Of a stretch of DNA of 46,426 nucleotides, positions 20,101-28,068 are shown one piece after another. Numbering within the stretch: the first letter of the stretch is position 1; every line of letters begins with the position of its first letter. Source of the stretch: Pseudomonadota bacterium (GTDB lineage: Bacteria; Pseudomonadota; Gammaproteobacteria; JAFEDO01); the NCBI GenBank assembly GCA_018241565.1, contig JAFEDO010000009.1, positions 1-46,426 on the forward strand, written 5' to 3'. A model generated the notes under the pieces. It was not told the DNA's origin and did not search any database. It was given only the letters and a program-made list of their open reading frames with translations. The position numbers were made by a program, and so were the translations under genes.

Positions 20101-23100
20101 AGTTAGCCCATTGGGTAATTTTTCGTTTAACGAGGATTTTAACTGTATTTCAATGGAAGGTGCATCACTAGCATATATTTTACTTAAATTTTCCATTATG
20201 TTGCTAGAAGATTCAATGGAAGACGCGTTACTAGCAGATATGTTACTTAAATCTTCCACTATGTTGCCGGAAGGTTTTTTCCAGAAACAAATATAATACA
20301 AAATGACAATAGGATGCATGTAATACATGAGTTCTGCGTTAGTGATAATAGAGTGAGTACGCGTCAAGTGTTGAGCAATAATTTTGTTTCTATACAAAGC
20401 GGTGACCATGTTCGGTATAAATTTGAATGGGAGAAAAGGAGGTCGTTCTTTTCCCCAGCCATCTACACCACCGAGGGCTTCGTACTCATTGATGATGGCA
20501 TGTAGAGTCATAAGAAAATCTAGTGAAGAGATAGCTGGATTTAAATTCTGTAAATATTTGTGTGTAGATGAAGCTATCGGACGCTGCATCGCTTTTTGCA
20601 TGAAAAGTACGATGCTCCTTAGTTCCATTTTAAAGGTGATTTGTCCATCCGAGTTCTCTAGCGCACTAATCAGGTTAGCCATAGCGACTTCTGGATCGAT
20701 ATCTACCAACCCATGCTTTTCAAGACAAGCGATCATATTATCTGATTTTTGATCATTTGGGATAGATAGCGCTACAGCTAAAACCAAAGCGCTAAAATTT
20801 TCGCTTGTTACCCAATTTTCTAGTGTTGGATCTAATGTTGTTTGTATTTGTATTAGAGCATCTAGTACAGTGATTGTGGTATTAGCGTTAGAATAAGGGT
20901 TTTCGAAATAAGGAACATTCTCTTTTCCAGGAAAAATTTTCTCCAGAGCATCATTGATGTCTTTATAAAGAAAAGTAGGATCTTGTGATGTTGCAGTAAT
21001 TAATAAGGATTCTAAATCTAATAAAGATAATTTTTTGCGTTCAACTAATTCTTTTAGAAATAATCCTAATTCATATAAAATAAAATATCGAAAGCTGTTT
21101 TTAGTTTCTAAAAATAATAAATCTAAGTTAAATTTTTCTTTACACTCACTCATTGAGTACCCAGTAAGAACACATAGTAATAGATCGAATTTGATGCTAG
21201 ATATTTCACGGATGATATATAAAATATCTTTTAGTGTAAGATCCTCATTAGTGCAAAGCTCGCTTTTCAAAGAGGATAACATTGAATCCGTAATTTGAAT
21301 TTTTTTTTGGTTTTCTTCTATTAGTCCAAATAACTTGCACCGGTTCTCACGCTTGAGTTTAGGCGTAGTTACTTGTTGAAATGTTTTAGCTGCATCGATG
21401 AGTGCTTTTTGAGTCTTCTGCCACGAAAGTAAAATATCTAGTCTAACTCCTTTTTTTTCACCAGAAGCTGTGGTCGTATAAGATAGTTTATTATTATTTG
21501 GGTTAGTAAGGCGGATGAGGACTGTAATAAATGGTAATATTCCCGGTATGTTTTTTGTGAGTTCATAAATCGCCGCATTTTTCGCTTGATTATCAGGGTC
21601 AGTTTTCAAATATACCCCAGGATTAGCACCATCTCCTTTAACGTAATTTACAGTATTCTTTCCATCTTTTACCGTTTTTTGTACTTCGCCGTCGCTATTT
21701 AATGGTAAAACTTCTTGGGCACGATCAGGGTTAACATTAGAATCAAACGGACCATATGAGACATGCATTGGCGGTACTTCAAGTTGACGTCTTTTTCCTT
21801 CTAGCGCTGTAAAATGTTCATTAGCAAAAGTATCATATAGAGAATGGAGGTTGGCAATTATTTTTAAAAGAGTTTCTCTTTCTTGTATTTGCGTAATTTT
21901 AACAGCACTTTTGAAGGCTTCTAATTCCTTAAGTAATATTTGGAAATTTTTATATTGTGGTTTCTCAAGGACAGGCACAGCTGGTTTTATTGGTTCAAGC
22001 ACCAATGATGTTTGTTGCTTTCCAAGAGCATTAGTTTTATTTGGCTCAGGATCTTTCTCCGAAGGTAGTAATAATCTTTGAGGATCAATCAAATGTTTTA
22101 AAAGAGGAGTCGCAAGATTCTTGATTTTAACAGGGCAACTTTTAGTGATGTCACTTAGTTGTTTACGAAGTGGCACGACGTTGAAAGGGTCATTAATTAG
22201 TAAACTACTAAAAACAGTATGAAATTCTAATTGTGCTGCTGAAGCATGCTCCGGTGGATTTGGGTTATATGGAGCAGGTTCGGCATTGAACCCCAATGTT
22301 TTTCGAAGTTGAACAAGGGTTGTAAATCGCTCACAAGCATAGGGTAGGAAATTAGAGTATCTTCTTAGCAAGTCTTGTAGCTTATAATGCGAATGCGAAG
22401 CGCGTGCATTCAGTAATTTCTGAATAGTTAATGCTTTTAGAATGAGATCTCTGGTTTTAAGAGGACTTGTTTTTTTAGTATTTTGACTCTTTTCTTTAAC
22501 AGATGGTGTGCCACTGGAATTTGGCTTTGTTGCGGCTTTTAAATAAGTTAGCAGTGTTGGATGGGGGTCGTTTTTTGCCATTTGGGGAGTCATCAAAGCG
22601 ATGTCTCTGGCTAGCACAAATAGTTCTTTGTGTTCTTCAGCATTTGGTAAAGATGCAGAAAGTAGTTGAACCAATTTAGAGACAATTAAGTTTTGGGCAG
22701 CGGTAATTACCCGAGTGGCAGTAATTACCTCGGTATCAGTAGTTGCTTTGGTACCAGTAGCTGCCTTAGCAGCAGTAGTAGTTGCTCCAATACCGGTAGC
22801 GTGCTTATAAGAATCTTTGAGGGTTTGAATAATGTGAGCTTGTAGTGTCTCAGTTTTTTTTTGGGTTAATAAAGATTCATAAATAAAAGATTCTAATTCT
22901 TGTGTTAAAGCTTTTAATGCGAATGGTTTCACGACTTTATTAGAGTTTACATGGTGAAGAAAACTTTCAATCTTAGGAAAGAGAGAGCTAGAGTCGATAG
23001 TTTGGAGAAACTTAACAATGTCATTTTTTGGAATAGAATTTTCCGGATATTTTTTCTTAAAAAATGCAGCTAATTCTTCGGTAAGAATTTCATTGCCACG

Positions 23101-24717
23101 GCTAATCAGTGCTTGTATTAATTCAGCTTCATGTTGTTTTAGTAGTATATTTACAAAAGATGCTTGAATTTTTTCTAATTTTTGATTTATCGATGTGTCT
23201 TTGTCTGCTTGGTTTGAATCCGTAGATCTTGGAGTTTGGCTTTGGGCAGACCTTGGAGTTTGGCTTTGACTAGCTTTATCGGTAGCTGTTAAAAAATCTA
23301 GAAATAACGTTCTTAAAGATTTTTCTGGTGTCGATGTCAATAAGCTTTGAATAGTATCTGGAGTAATATTCGCATCCGGAAATTCTCTCCTAAGAAGGTC
23401 ATTTAAAGAGCTTTGAATGGGTTCTTTTTTTATTAATGCTTGAAATGAAGTGTCGCCGTTATGACTTCTGCATTCATTAAAGCAGGTATTTATCCATAAG
23501 CGTTTTTTATCCAATGCATTTTTGTTAATGACTAGTGAACTAATGGGTTGATTCGAAACGGGTTTTTCACGTTTAATTTTATCTCTGATAAGTTGCAGTA
23601 GATCTGGGTAAGGAGAGCCAAAATAGTTATTATCCTTCTCTAATAATGAAGTGTCTAAGCTAGAAATAAATTTGGTTTGTATTTCAAAAGCTTTTTTTAC
23701 TCTCCAAAGTTTAAGGATTTGTTCAGGGATGTTCGTTTGATTTTGGTTATATCTCTCTTCTTCAATGCCTCTTTGTAACTCTATGGCTTTTTCTAAATAT
23801 TCTACCGCTGTAATGTATTGTTCCGAATGGAAAAAATAAGTACTCAAGTTTTGGTAGTGGGCAACCAATTCCTCATTGTTGTGAGGTTCTTTTTCCAAAG
23901 TTTTTTTGAGTGAATACTCTTCTGTTTTAATAAGAAAAGCATATAGCTGTAACATTAAAGGTCTTGATTGTTTGATATTTTCAGAGCTTGTTTTAATTTC
24001 TTCAATTTGTTTTTTAATAAATTGTTGGATCTGATCCAAATCAATGGTTTGGAAATCAAAGTTTTTATTTAAAATGCGGTCTAACAAAATAGGATGTAAA
24101 AAAGTCGAGAGATCTGAGAGTTCACTGGGGAGTTGAGTGTTAATAGATAGGCATGTAAAACGTATAGTTTTATTATTTATTCTGCTTTCTAAAATCTTTT
24201 GCAAATTGTTTTTAAAAGTAGTCAGTAAAGTTTCAGGGCAATTAAAGTGAGATATTTTAGTAGAAATGGTGTTGTCAGAAATTTCAATGTGACATGTTAT
24301 GGTATGTGTAGGATCTAATTTAATAGAAAAACCCACAATTAAAGGAAAAGAAAGATTATTAGATTCTATAAACTGAAATAAATCGGTTCGGCCACTGATG
24401 ATAGATCCAACGTATTGAGCATAGAATGCAGGGTTAGAACTTTGAAGTTGACGTAACTCAGGTGGCAGGATGGTTTTATCAAATAGTGCTTCCCAGGGAT
24501 CAGGAGTGTTAATAATTGTAATGGTAGGGACGTAACTTTTTTGGAATTTTTTATAAGAGGCAGCGAGTGCACTCTGCGTATTATCAGTCTTCGAGGGATA
24601 TTGAGCTTCTATTGGTACATGATGCAGGAAAATGGGATTAGCGGCTTGACTAGATGGCGCCATGCTTGAGGCACAAATCTGTAATACGATATGTGGTATT
24701 GAGGCTCCATCCTTCAT
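14179..24717 (-). CDS. giant (3512 aa) ankyrin-repeat / TPR-like repeat protein; candidate Dot/Icm-translocated effector
   Basis: Uninterrupted 10.5-kb ORF.
- Ankyrin repeats at about nt 19200-19570 ('NTVLHLL..','DRTPLMQSVTTPNINVTKLLVDHGA','GNSVLHIAADLGNASALQVMI') and at 18610-18790 ('GETPAHLAAERGNGPVLEYLLQN').
- A kinase-like motif pair at 20689-20754.
- Long TPR-like helical repeats in the C-terminal third.
- Several in-frame tandem repeats.

No signal peptide is evident. The gene lies between Dot/Icm genes. Confidence 0.85.
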   Translation of the reverse strand: MKDGASIPHIVLQICASSMAPSSQAANPIFLHHVPIEAQYPSKTDNTQSALAASYKKFQKSYVPTITIINTPDPWEALFDKTILPPELRQLQSSNPAFYAQYVGSIISGRTDLFQFIESNNLSFPLIVGFSIKLDPTHTITCHIEISDNTISTKISHFNCPETLLTTFKNNLQKILESRINNKTIRFTCLSINTQLPSELSDLSTFLHPILLDRILNKNFDFQTIDLDQIQQFIKKQIEEIKTSSENIKQSRPLMLQLYAFLIKTEEYSLKKTLEKEPHNNEELVAHYQNLSTYFFHSEQYITAVEYLEKAIELQRGIEEERYNQNQTNIPEQILKLWRVKKAFEIQTKFISSLDTSLLEKDNNYFGSPYPDLLQLIRDKIKREKPVSNQPISSLVINKNALDKKRLWINTCFNECRSHNGDTSFQALIKKEPIQSSLNDLLRREFPDANITPDTIQSLLTSTPEKSLRTLFLDFLTATDKASQSQTPRSAQSQTPRSTDSNQADKDTSINQKLEKIQASFVNILLKQHEAELIQALISRGNEILTEELAAFFKKKYPENSIPKNDIVKFLQTIDSSSLFPKIESFLHHVNSNKVVKPFALKALTQELESFIYESLLTQKKTETLQAHIIQTLKDSYKHATGIGATTTAAKAATGTKATTDTEVITATRVITAAQNLIVSKLVQLLSASLPNAEEHKELFVLARDIALMTPQMAKNDPHPTLLTYLKAATKPNSSGTPSVKEKSQNTKKTSPLKTRDLILKALTIQKLLNARASHSHYKLQDLLRRYSNFLPYACERFTTLVQLRKTLGFNAEPAPYNPNPPEHASAAQLEFHTVFSSLLINDPFNVVPLRKQLSDITKSCPVKIKNLATPLLKHLIDPQRLLLPSEKDPEPNKTNALGKQQTSLVLEPIKPAVPVLEKPQYKNFQILLKELEAFKSAVKITQIQERETLLKIIANLHSLYDTFANEHFTALEGKRRQLEVPPMHVSYGPFDSNVNPDRAQEVLPLNSDGEVQKTVKDGKNTVNYVKGDGANPGVYLKTDPDNQAKNAAIYELTKNIPGILPFITVLIRLTNPNNNKLSYTTTASGEKKGVRLDILLSWQKTQKALIDAAKTFQQVTTPKLKRENRCKLFGLIEENQKKIQITDSMLSSLKSELCTNEDLTLKDILYIIREISSIKFDLLLCVLTGYSMSECKEKFNLDLLFLETKNSFRYFILYELGLFLKELVERKKLSLLDLESLLITATSQDPTFLYKDINDALEKIFPGKENVPYFENPYSNANTTITVLDALIQIQTTLDPTLENWVTSENFSALVLAVALSIPNDQKSDNMIACLEKHGLVDIDPEVAMANLISALENSDGQITFKMELRSIVLFMQKAMQRPIASSTHKYLQNLNPAISSLDFLMTLHAIINEYEALGGVDGWGKERPPFLPFKFIPNMVTALYRNKIIAQHLTRTHSIITNAELMYYMHPIVILYYICFWKKPSGNIVEDLSNISASNASSIESSSNIMENLSKIYASDAPSIEIQLKSSLNEKLPNGLTIHEELMKYRAFSFYDDPADRTQTITEAISELLEEFDYQLLPTETVHLILQRIFQLPFIQKLEFRHCLQLGKKFHNDPHTPIHQLAINLKQLINITLLYCDLSFADLCDLVTNRPNLELTISDDGILTLAEWIKLANFTNSLTIVLKNGTPIVFKKSSSKSAEENDFPTSNPVFAVLKNSPSVDALKFLAALGAKFTGVDSRKNTVLHLLTQKDYVDAHPPEIIAAVVKYLLTHHLADPDEFNKADRTPLMQSVTTPNINVTKLLVDHGALPGLITPEGNSVLHIAADLGNASALQVMIESMLFKGLKIEIIQPSENTALLQITINATLTVNTEQGLESKTLPMSGTIPINFESLPGIITTSTNKDTLYIIMEGQEIPTPPIRIALSHILPKVILNIPAKLQAVLRVPQPSKIKTEDLPINSLRCNILYLLSLYQKRNAAGLQLIHTGTNYLDVVTTLHHLGVCIDPPLAVTHPGGETPAHLAAERGNGPVLEYLLQNTEYLELLLSFKTSANLTIRTIISDPDLLVVIPQPELAASTNLRLSIALNPGQKPMVIPSVPQRMDVTPIGPILAPLSFPTRNRTMSVFNSQGKNALTPFELLTVTEKNISFELLTVTEKNIFDNLKEQLRKYLANSDFHSAAEICWVGARYFNLKNSLACETTYRYFAHQLVLIENEFCNGQKFSHQQRPKTAVKDNSSLMQFRQQLLERISLKSSRNFIEGIQSLVASLITRCMRKDIVDTLIPPYQILIFNLTLPYEPVEIGIIFPTSKTNSPKENPYEKLLRYFLLKIAITFGEHPFILSVGNITLAFTHLGLCTNKTIVTVPLDDETSLIMSEPHQFRELPLIARLPAACTAHGVVGNHADAFKNPLQWVSDPILLKKRLGNDFFEQLIRRSILNFELDLSQPKKIPLFDLNSSFYSFLQLIIYLWGLQSDIGYSGTLTTILRLQKDSKTTPLSISLTSTAQTLLKTAEDLIKANKKNQGQNESTLEKAVLFQKTAKILTDYSKTLSEALFTELEFSINALHQLKIRVQLIEKSGAIFVYHENLPQKFNRYKYRFDSSHDIYRLSPSDFKNLKKIIRTIILLYLHFSTDFQSFNLDTDKEITVEYLEAHMRHLQKSWEFFIFQSFDNAEQWISTFNQTRVSIYPNASSTSQFQRLNGLILMQGDPLKATEAFALASINPFETGFNDYLSAITCIKHGKLLAALEHLKKSETALKQIAPFFTLHIELARLEIYCILGERQNIFEAARSIKQLLNHSGSDLINTKPNNHTPDISKLKLLARSTILQRSNSGINSNLAESSSIYFSPAEKILADHQLAVSSYQYGLGMRSLLDSSNVLEDLSTNIMYQITHHYETSYAYLKSALNKNSEDFIKAVQHIDTALAIAESHFVYQHPQHLKLLKFKAKIHFSILNDSSKATDLFKEIYPLFKTLILMQKIATSLENPHFEILARIQLFILSVNYNSVFKEKMTPSNQTLLSSRDYVIPNLLKANKETNFFKASIFHLSETATILNALKYRYTALEENSKSQKRPLIPYTLMTKIYLHLAICDEKQSIFYLQNAYIIFQTLAQQAWLLAHQKFLPGNRTWVSPHEFYIRKTIQYLRSIIEIRQRINSPIDRTLLTLRYMAILAIYIRDFDLAEKIYQELHLIEDTQKYKVGSKQRHKNSYLQDIELARLEFYKLELGFLPNTDGLSYVMSGSIGMPVDLLQELEKNSALKNQILMPYTRSNLFELLSAIQSNLGTGKSSVFKTHFSVTTDTRSKAENKGNWNEAYLSLKQRYATACAILNENHPVFKVNNGKIPIGISNTLESLFQNMGNSSRFMVWIYVLIHSMLEKELIVPLNIPTSTISVPTLASAHKARHLLFAPPYVAANSSNPPPSNYQAAATENSVTIRFDSNLDFSSTNPDQSLSNARMTWLRELTSGTTAKVIASPDFQAFTVTFEQSGLLQTNILQFLQALHSAKEDSPVFAATGPSTP
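18246..18317 (-). repeat. perfect 36-nt x2 in-frame tandem duplication inside the giant ORF
   Basis: 18246-18281 and 18282-18317 are both 'aaatatttttttcagtaacagttaaaagttcaaagg'. Together they encode 'FELLTVTEKNISFELLTVTEKNIF'. Confidence 0.95.
20151..20276 (-). repeat. imperfect 63-nt x2 in-frame tandem repeat inside the giant ORF
   Basis: 20151-20213 and 20214-20276 are similar ('caatggaagg..ttacttaaat.ttcca.tatgttgc..gaag'). They encode 'NISASNASSIESSSNIMENLSKIYASDAPSIE'. Confidence 0.8.
23224..23271 (-). repeat. 24-nt x2 in-frame tandem repeat inside the giant ORF
   Basis: 'agatcttggagtttggctttgggc' is followed by 'agaccttggagtttggctttgact'. Together they encode 'SQSQTPRSAQSQTPRS'. Confidence 0.85.
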
Positions 24718-24906
24718 TTTGACCTACTTTAATATTAATGGTTCTAACAGATAATCTAATTAGTAAAATGCATAGAATTTTAACACAAGAAAAATCTATG
24801 CAAATACTAACATTTTCAGTGTGATGAGCAAATATATTTATTAAGAAATTATCAGATGCTTAGATAATTTGATTTTAGCCGGATCGAGATGTCGATAGAT
24901 AGTGTT

Positions 24907-27900
24907 CTAACCCGCCTGGTTGTTTTGAGTCAAACAAATCGCATTGGGTAATTGGAAGTGCTCAATTACCTGAGGTAAGAAAGGATTAATGGCGTTATTT
25001 GCGATCAGTTCATATTTAGCACCATCTTCATTGATGTTGAATAAAAGATAGAAGTGTCGAGTATCGGCATCTTTTTCTAAGTTGGAATCATCTAATAATT
25101 TAAACCATGCCCAGGGGCCTTCGTAGGTCACGGTATAAGCTTGTCCATTCACTTCTTCGAGCGTAAGAGTGACAGGTTTGTTAGCTAGATGACCTGGCCA
25201 AGTGAGGGTCGTGATTTTATTGCTTTCTTGAATATCTTCTACGAATTGTCCACTCATATTGAGTCGAACTGTTTTTACAATCGGTTGAAAAATAATAGGT
25301 TTCAGTTGGAAATTCACATGAGGAGAAGATTGTTCTTTTGAGAAAAACATTTTTCGGATTAATTTTGCGCGAATTAATTCTTGTAACATGGCTGGAGAAA
25401 TATTCAATGTTAAATCGTTCACTTTTTTGAGTTGCCAATTGGATTGAGTGACATCTATGAAAGGTTCTAAGTAAGTTTTAAAATAAGTATCCAGTGTGCC
25501 GCCATAATTAAAGAATTGCGTGAATTTATCTAATGGGACGTCGACTTTCGCTTCTTTTTGAAAAGGATATTTATCTAATAGATTAGTTTGATACTCATCA
25601 AATACCGTTTCTTGCCATTGTTGGTTTAAATAACTCTGTGCTTCATTTAAAACGAGTTGCCAATTGTTGAGAGCAATTTTCTTTAACCAATCTTGCATGG
25701 GTTTTGGTGAAGAGTTGGCTTTCTGAAGTAATTGAGTAATAGCATCATTATTTTTAGATTGAGTAAATCTTTCTTTCGTGATGAGAAATGCCGTTAATTT
25801 TGGATCTTTAGCGGTATATATGTTTTCTAAGTATCGGGATAATTGACGAAAATCTTCTGAGAATTGTTCTAGTTTTTTATCATCTAATTTTTGGAACTCA
25901 GAAAAATGATTGGCAATGAGTTCATTAAAAGTTTTTCCAGCTTCTGATTTTGAAGTCAATGTTTTTGTATTCGCAACAATGATTTTTAATAAGACAGCAA
26001 AGGGAGAAGGTTTCTTTTCAAAGTAATGCAGTGTTTTAATGCCTTCATTTAGATTATTATCTAATTTAGGTTGCACATTGAATACGAATAGGTTCCACCA
26101 ATTGATATAATCGGTGATGTATAACATTTTAATTTCTTGTTCGAGTTGTAAAAGTCTAGGGGCTTTTTCGCCATCGTTAGGTTTTTTTCCTAAAACCCAA
26201 TCTCCATAAATGATGGATTGCGCAATAGAAGCTGTTTGATGGTCATAAATTTCTATAAACCCTTTTTGGGTATAAATATAAGGTATGTTTGAATTAGAGC
26301 GAGTTAAAGTAAATACTTTTTGAATAGACTCTGGAATAGGGTTGCTTAGCTCATTCGAATAAGAGTTATTATTCTTTAACTCTAAATAACCTAAGAATGG
26401 CTTAGGTAAATCGGATAATTGTTGTCTTGCTTGTTGGATAATTCGAGCATTTAATGATTTATAAACAAAAGGTTGTTTTAAAGCGGTTTTTAATAATGCG
26501 AAAAACTTATCATTTTGATTTAGATCTAATGGAATATTTTTACCCCAGTTCGACTGAAGCCACAGAAATAAATAAGCAGAATCACGATGCGTAGGTTCGC
26601 CTAGCATAAGATACGCTTTTAATTTTCCATAGAGCAGATAAGGGTCCTGATTTTTTTCCACCAATTGTTTTTCAATTTTTTGTGCAATAAACGGAATGAA
26701 TTGGTTTTCTAATGCGTATCGATAAGCAAATGAAAGTTGCTTTTTAACTTGCCGAACATTTTTAAATAATGAAGGCCAATAATCAGGTAAATAAATTTTA
26801 GAGAATTGGTTTTCTGCGAAACGTAGTACTTCTAATTTTGCGAGCACTGTATTCATATTGTCATTATGTTCTAAAGTCAGTAATTCAAAATTCTGAATGG
26901 ATTGTTGTGCAATATTTAATGCGCGAATTTCTTCTTTGAAGTTATGGGTTATTTGAAATAGCCCAGTGACTGCAATAAGAAATATGGCCGCATAACTCAC
27001 ACGATAGGACCATATTCTTTTAATAAAGAAGGCATCTTCAGCTTGTGCTCTATTTAAGAAGACATCATTCTGTAGCAATTGCTGAATGAAATAAGATTTT
27101 GTGGTACCGCTTTGTGTATGGCGTTGTATATCCGTTTGAACTTGAAACAGTTGATTAGCATGTTTGGCTAAGACATCGATGGTAGTTCCTTGCTGGCAGC
27201 TGCTTGTTAAAAATACGCCGTGTAGCCAGCCTCTCATTTTTTGTTTTTTATTGGGGAACAATTTTTCTAAAGCGTTGGAGAAAGTTCTTTGTAAGCTTTC
27301 TAATTGTAGAGGAAAATTTTTCACGAGGATTTTTTTCTGAGGATCTCGTATTAATTGGATACGCCATAAAAGTTGTTGATGGAGTCGTTGCAGTAATTTG
27401 CTGAATTCTCGATTGAAGATTATAGAGTCAAAATGCTTTTGCAGTGGCAGTACGGCTCCGAAGCTTTGATTCCGTTCTTCTTGATTGAGATCAGAAAAGA
27501 ATTCTGTGAATCCAGAAATTAAATCAGCATGCGTAAAAATAATATTGATAGGTACTGGACAGTGTAATTTTCGACATAGTGTCGTTAATGCTATTTGAGT
27601 GTTTTCTAGCAGCTTTGTCCGTTGCGATTTGCCTTGTTGCCATATTTGAATAGGATTGAATGTTAATAAGATACCATCAAAAGGTTGTTTGCCTCTAAAC
27701 TGTTTCAATACTTTTAATAGAGATGGCCATATCGAACTATAGGTAGAATCTGAAATTAATTTTCCTGGAATAGTAATAAACACGGCATTATCTGTTAACC
27801 ATGTCTGACAATATTTATTATCTTGTAATAAAGTATGGCTAAAAGTCAGTGCTGAATTCTTAAGTAAAGTATTTTTTCCTGAATGTGTGGGGCCTATGAC

Positions 27901-28068
27901 TAAGTACCAAGGTTTTTCATATAAGGCTTGTTGTTGCCATGATTTTTTGCCTTGGCTTCTTTTAAGAAAGAAAACAACTTGTGCTAAATTGTCCGTGAGC
28001 GCTTGAATAATGTCATTCGCTTCTGAAAGCATAGGTATAGTAGTAGATATTTTTTTACCGGATATCAT
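24907..28068 (-). CDS. icmF: IcmF (TssM-like inner-membrane NTPase of the Dot/Icm type IVB system)
   Basis: 1053 aa. P-loop context 'PWYLVIGPTHSGKNTLLKNS' as in the IcmF/TssM family. Hydrophobic helix 'VSYAAIFLIAVTGLFQI' after the NTPase region. A 4-nt ATGA overlap (28065-28068) joins it to the upstream DotU-family gene. Confidence 0.85.
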   Translation of the reverse strand: MISGKKISTTIPMLSEANDIIQALTDNLAQVVFFLKRSQGKKSWQQQALYEKPWYLVIGPTHSGKNTLLKNSALTFSHTLLQDNKYCQTWLTDNAVFITIPGKLISDSTYSSIWPSLLKVLKQFRGKQPFDGILLTFNPIQIWQQGKSQRTKLLENTQIALTTLCRKLHCPVPINIIFTHADLISGFTEFFSDLNQEERNQSFGAVLPLQKHFDSIIFNREFSKLLQRLHQQLLWRIQLIRDPQKKILVKNFPLQLESLQRTFSNALEKLFPNKKQKMRGWLHGVFLTSSCQQGTTIDVLAKHANQLFQVQTDIQRHTQSGTTKSYFIQQLLQNDVFLNRAQAEDAFFIKRIWSYRVSYAAIFLIAVTGLFQITHNFKEEIRALNIAQQSIQNFELLTLEHNDNMNTVLAKLEVLRFAENQFSKIYLPDYWPSLFKNVRQVKKQLSFAYRYALENQFIPFIAQKIEKQLVEKNQDPYLLYGKLKAYLMLGEPTHRDSAYLFLWLQSNWGKNIPLDLNQNDKFFALLKTALKQPFVYKSLNARIIQQARQQLSDLPKPFLGYLELKNNNSYSNELSNPIPESIQKVFTLTRSNSNIPYIYTQKGFIEIYDHQTASIAQSIIYGDWVLGKKPNDGEKAPRLLQLEQEIKMLYITDYINWWNLFVFNVQPKLDNNLNEGIKTLHYFEKKPSPFAVLLKIIVANTKTLTSKSEAGKTFNELIANHFSEFQKLDDKKLEQFSEDFRQLSRYLENIYTAKDPKLTAFLITKERFTQSKNNDAITQLLQKANSSPKPMQDWLKKIALNNWQLVLNEAQSYLNQQWQETVFDEYQTNLLDKYPFQKEAKVDVPLDKFTQFFNYGGTLDTYFKTYLEPFIDVTQSNWQLKKVNDLTLNISPAMLQELIRAKLIRKMFFSKEQSSPHVNFQLKPIIFQPIVKTVRLNMSGQFVEDIQESNKITTLTWPGHLANKPVTLTLEEVNGQAYTVTYEGPWAWFKLLDDSNLEKDADTRHFYLLFNINEDGAKYELIANNAINPFLPQVIEHFQLPNAICLTQNNQAG

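Noticed and set aside
17885-22081. Plus-strand ORFs (61-122 aa) inside the giant minus-strand ORF
   Set aside because: They are short, AT-rich shadow ORFs with no motifs. The 10.5-kb uninterrupted minus-strand frame is far more improbable by chance.
24729-24738. 'TTAATATTAA' upstream of the giant ORF as a PmrA-type regulatory element
   Set aside because: It is a single copy rather than the tandem repeat, and it lies only ~12-21 nt from the start codon, where the RBS should be. It is probably just AT-rich leader sequence.
24769-24802. 8-bp inverted repeat TGCATAGA-N18-TCTATGCA between icmF and the giant ORF (terminator or operator?)
   Set aside because: The stem is short and AT-rich, the loop is large, and only a weak T-tract follows. 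This is not enough evidence for either role.
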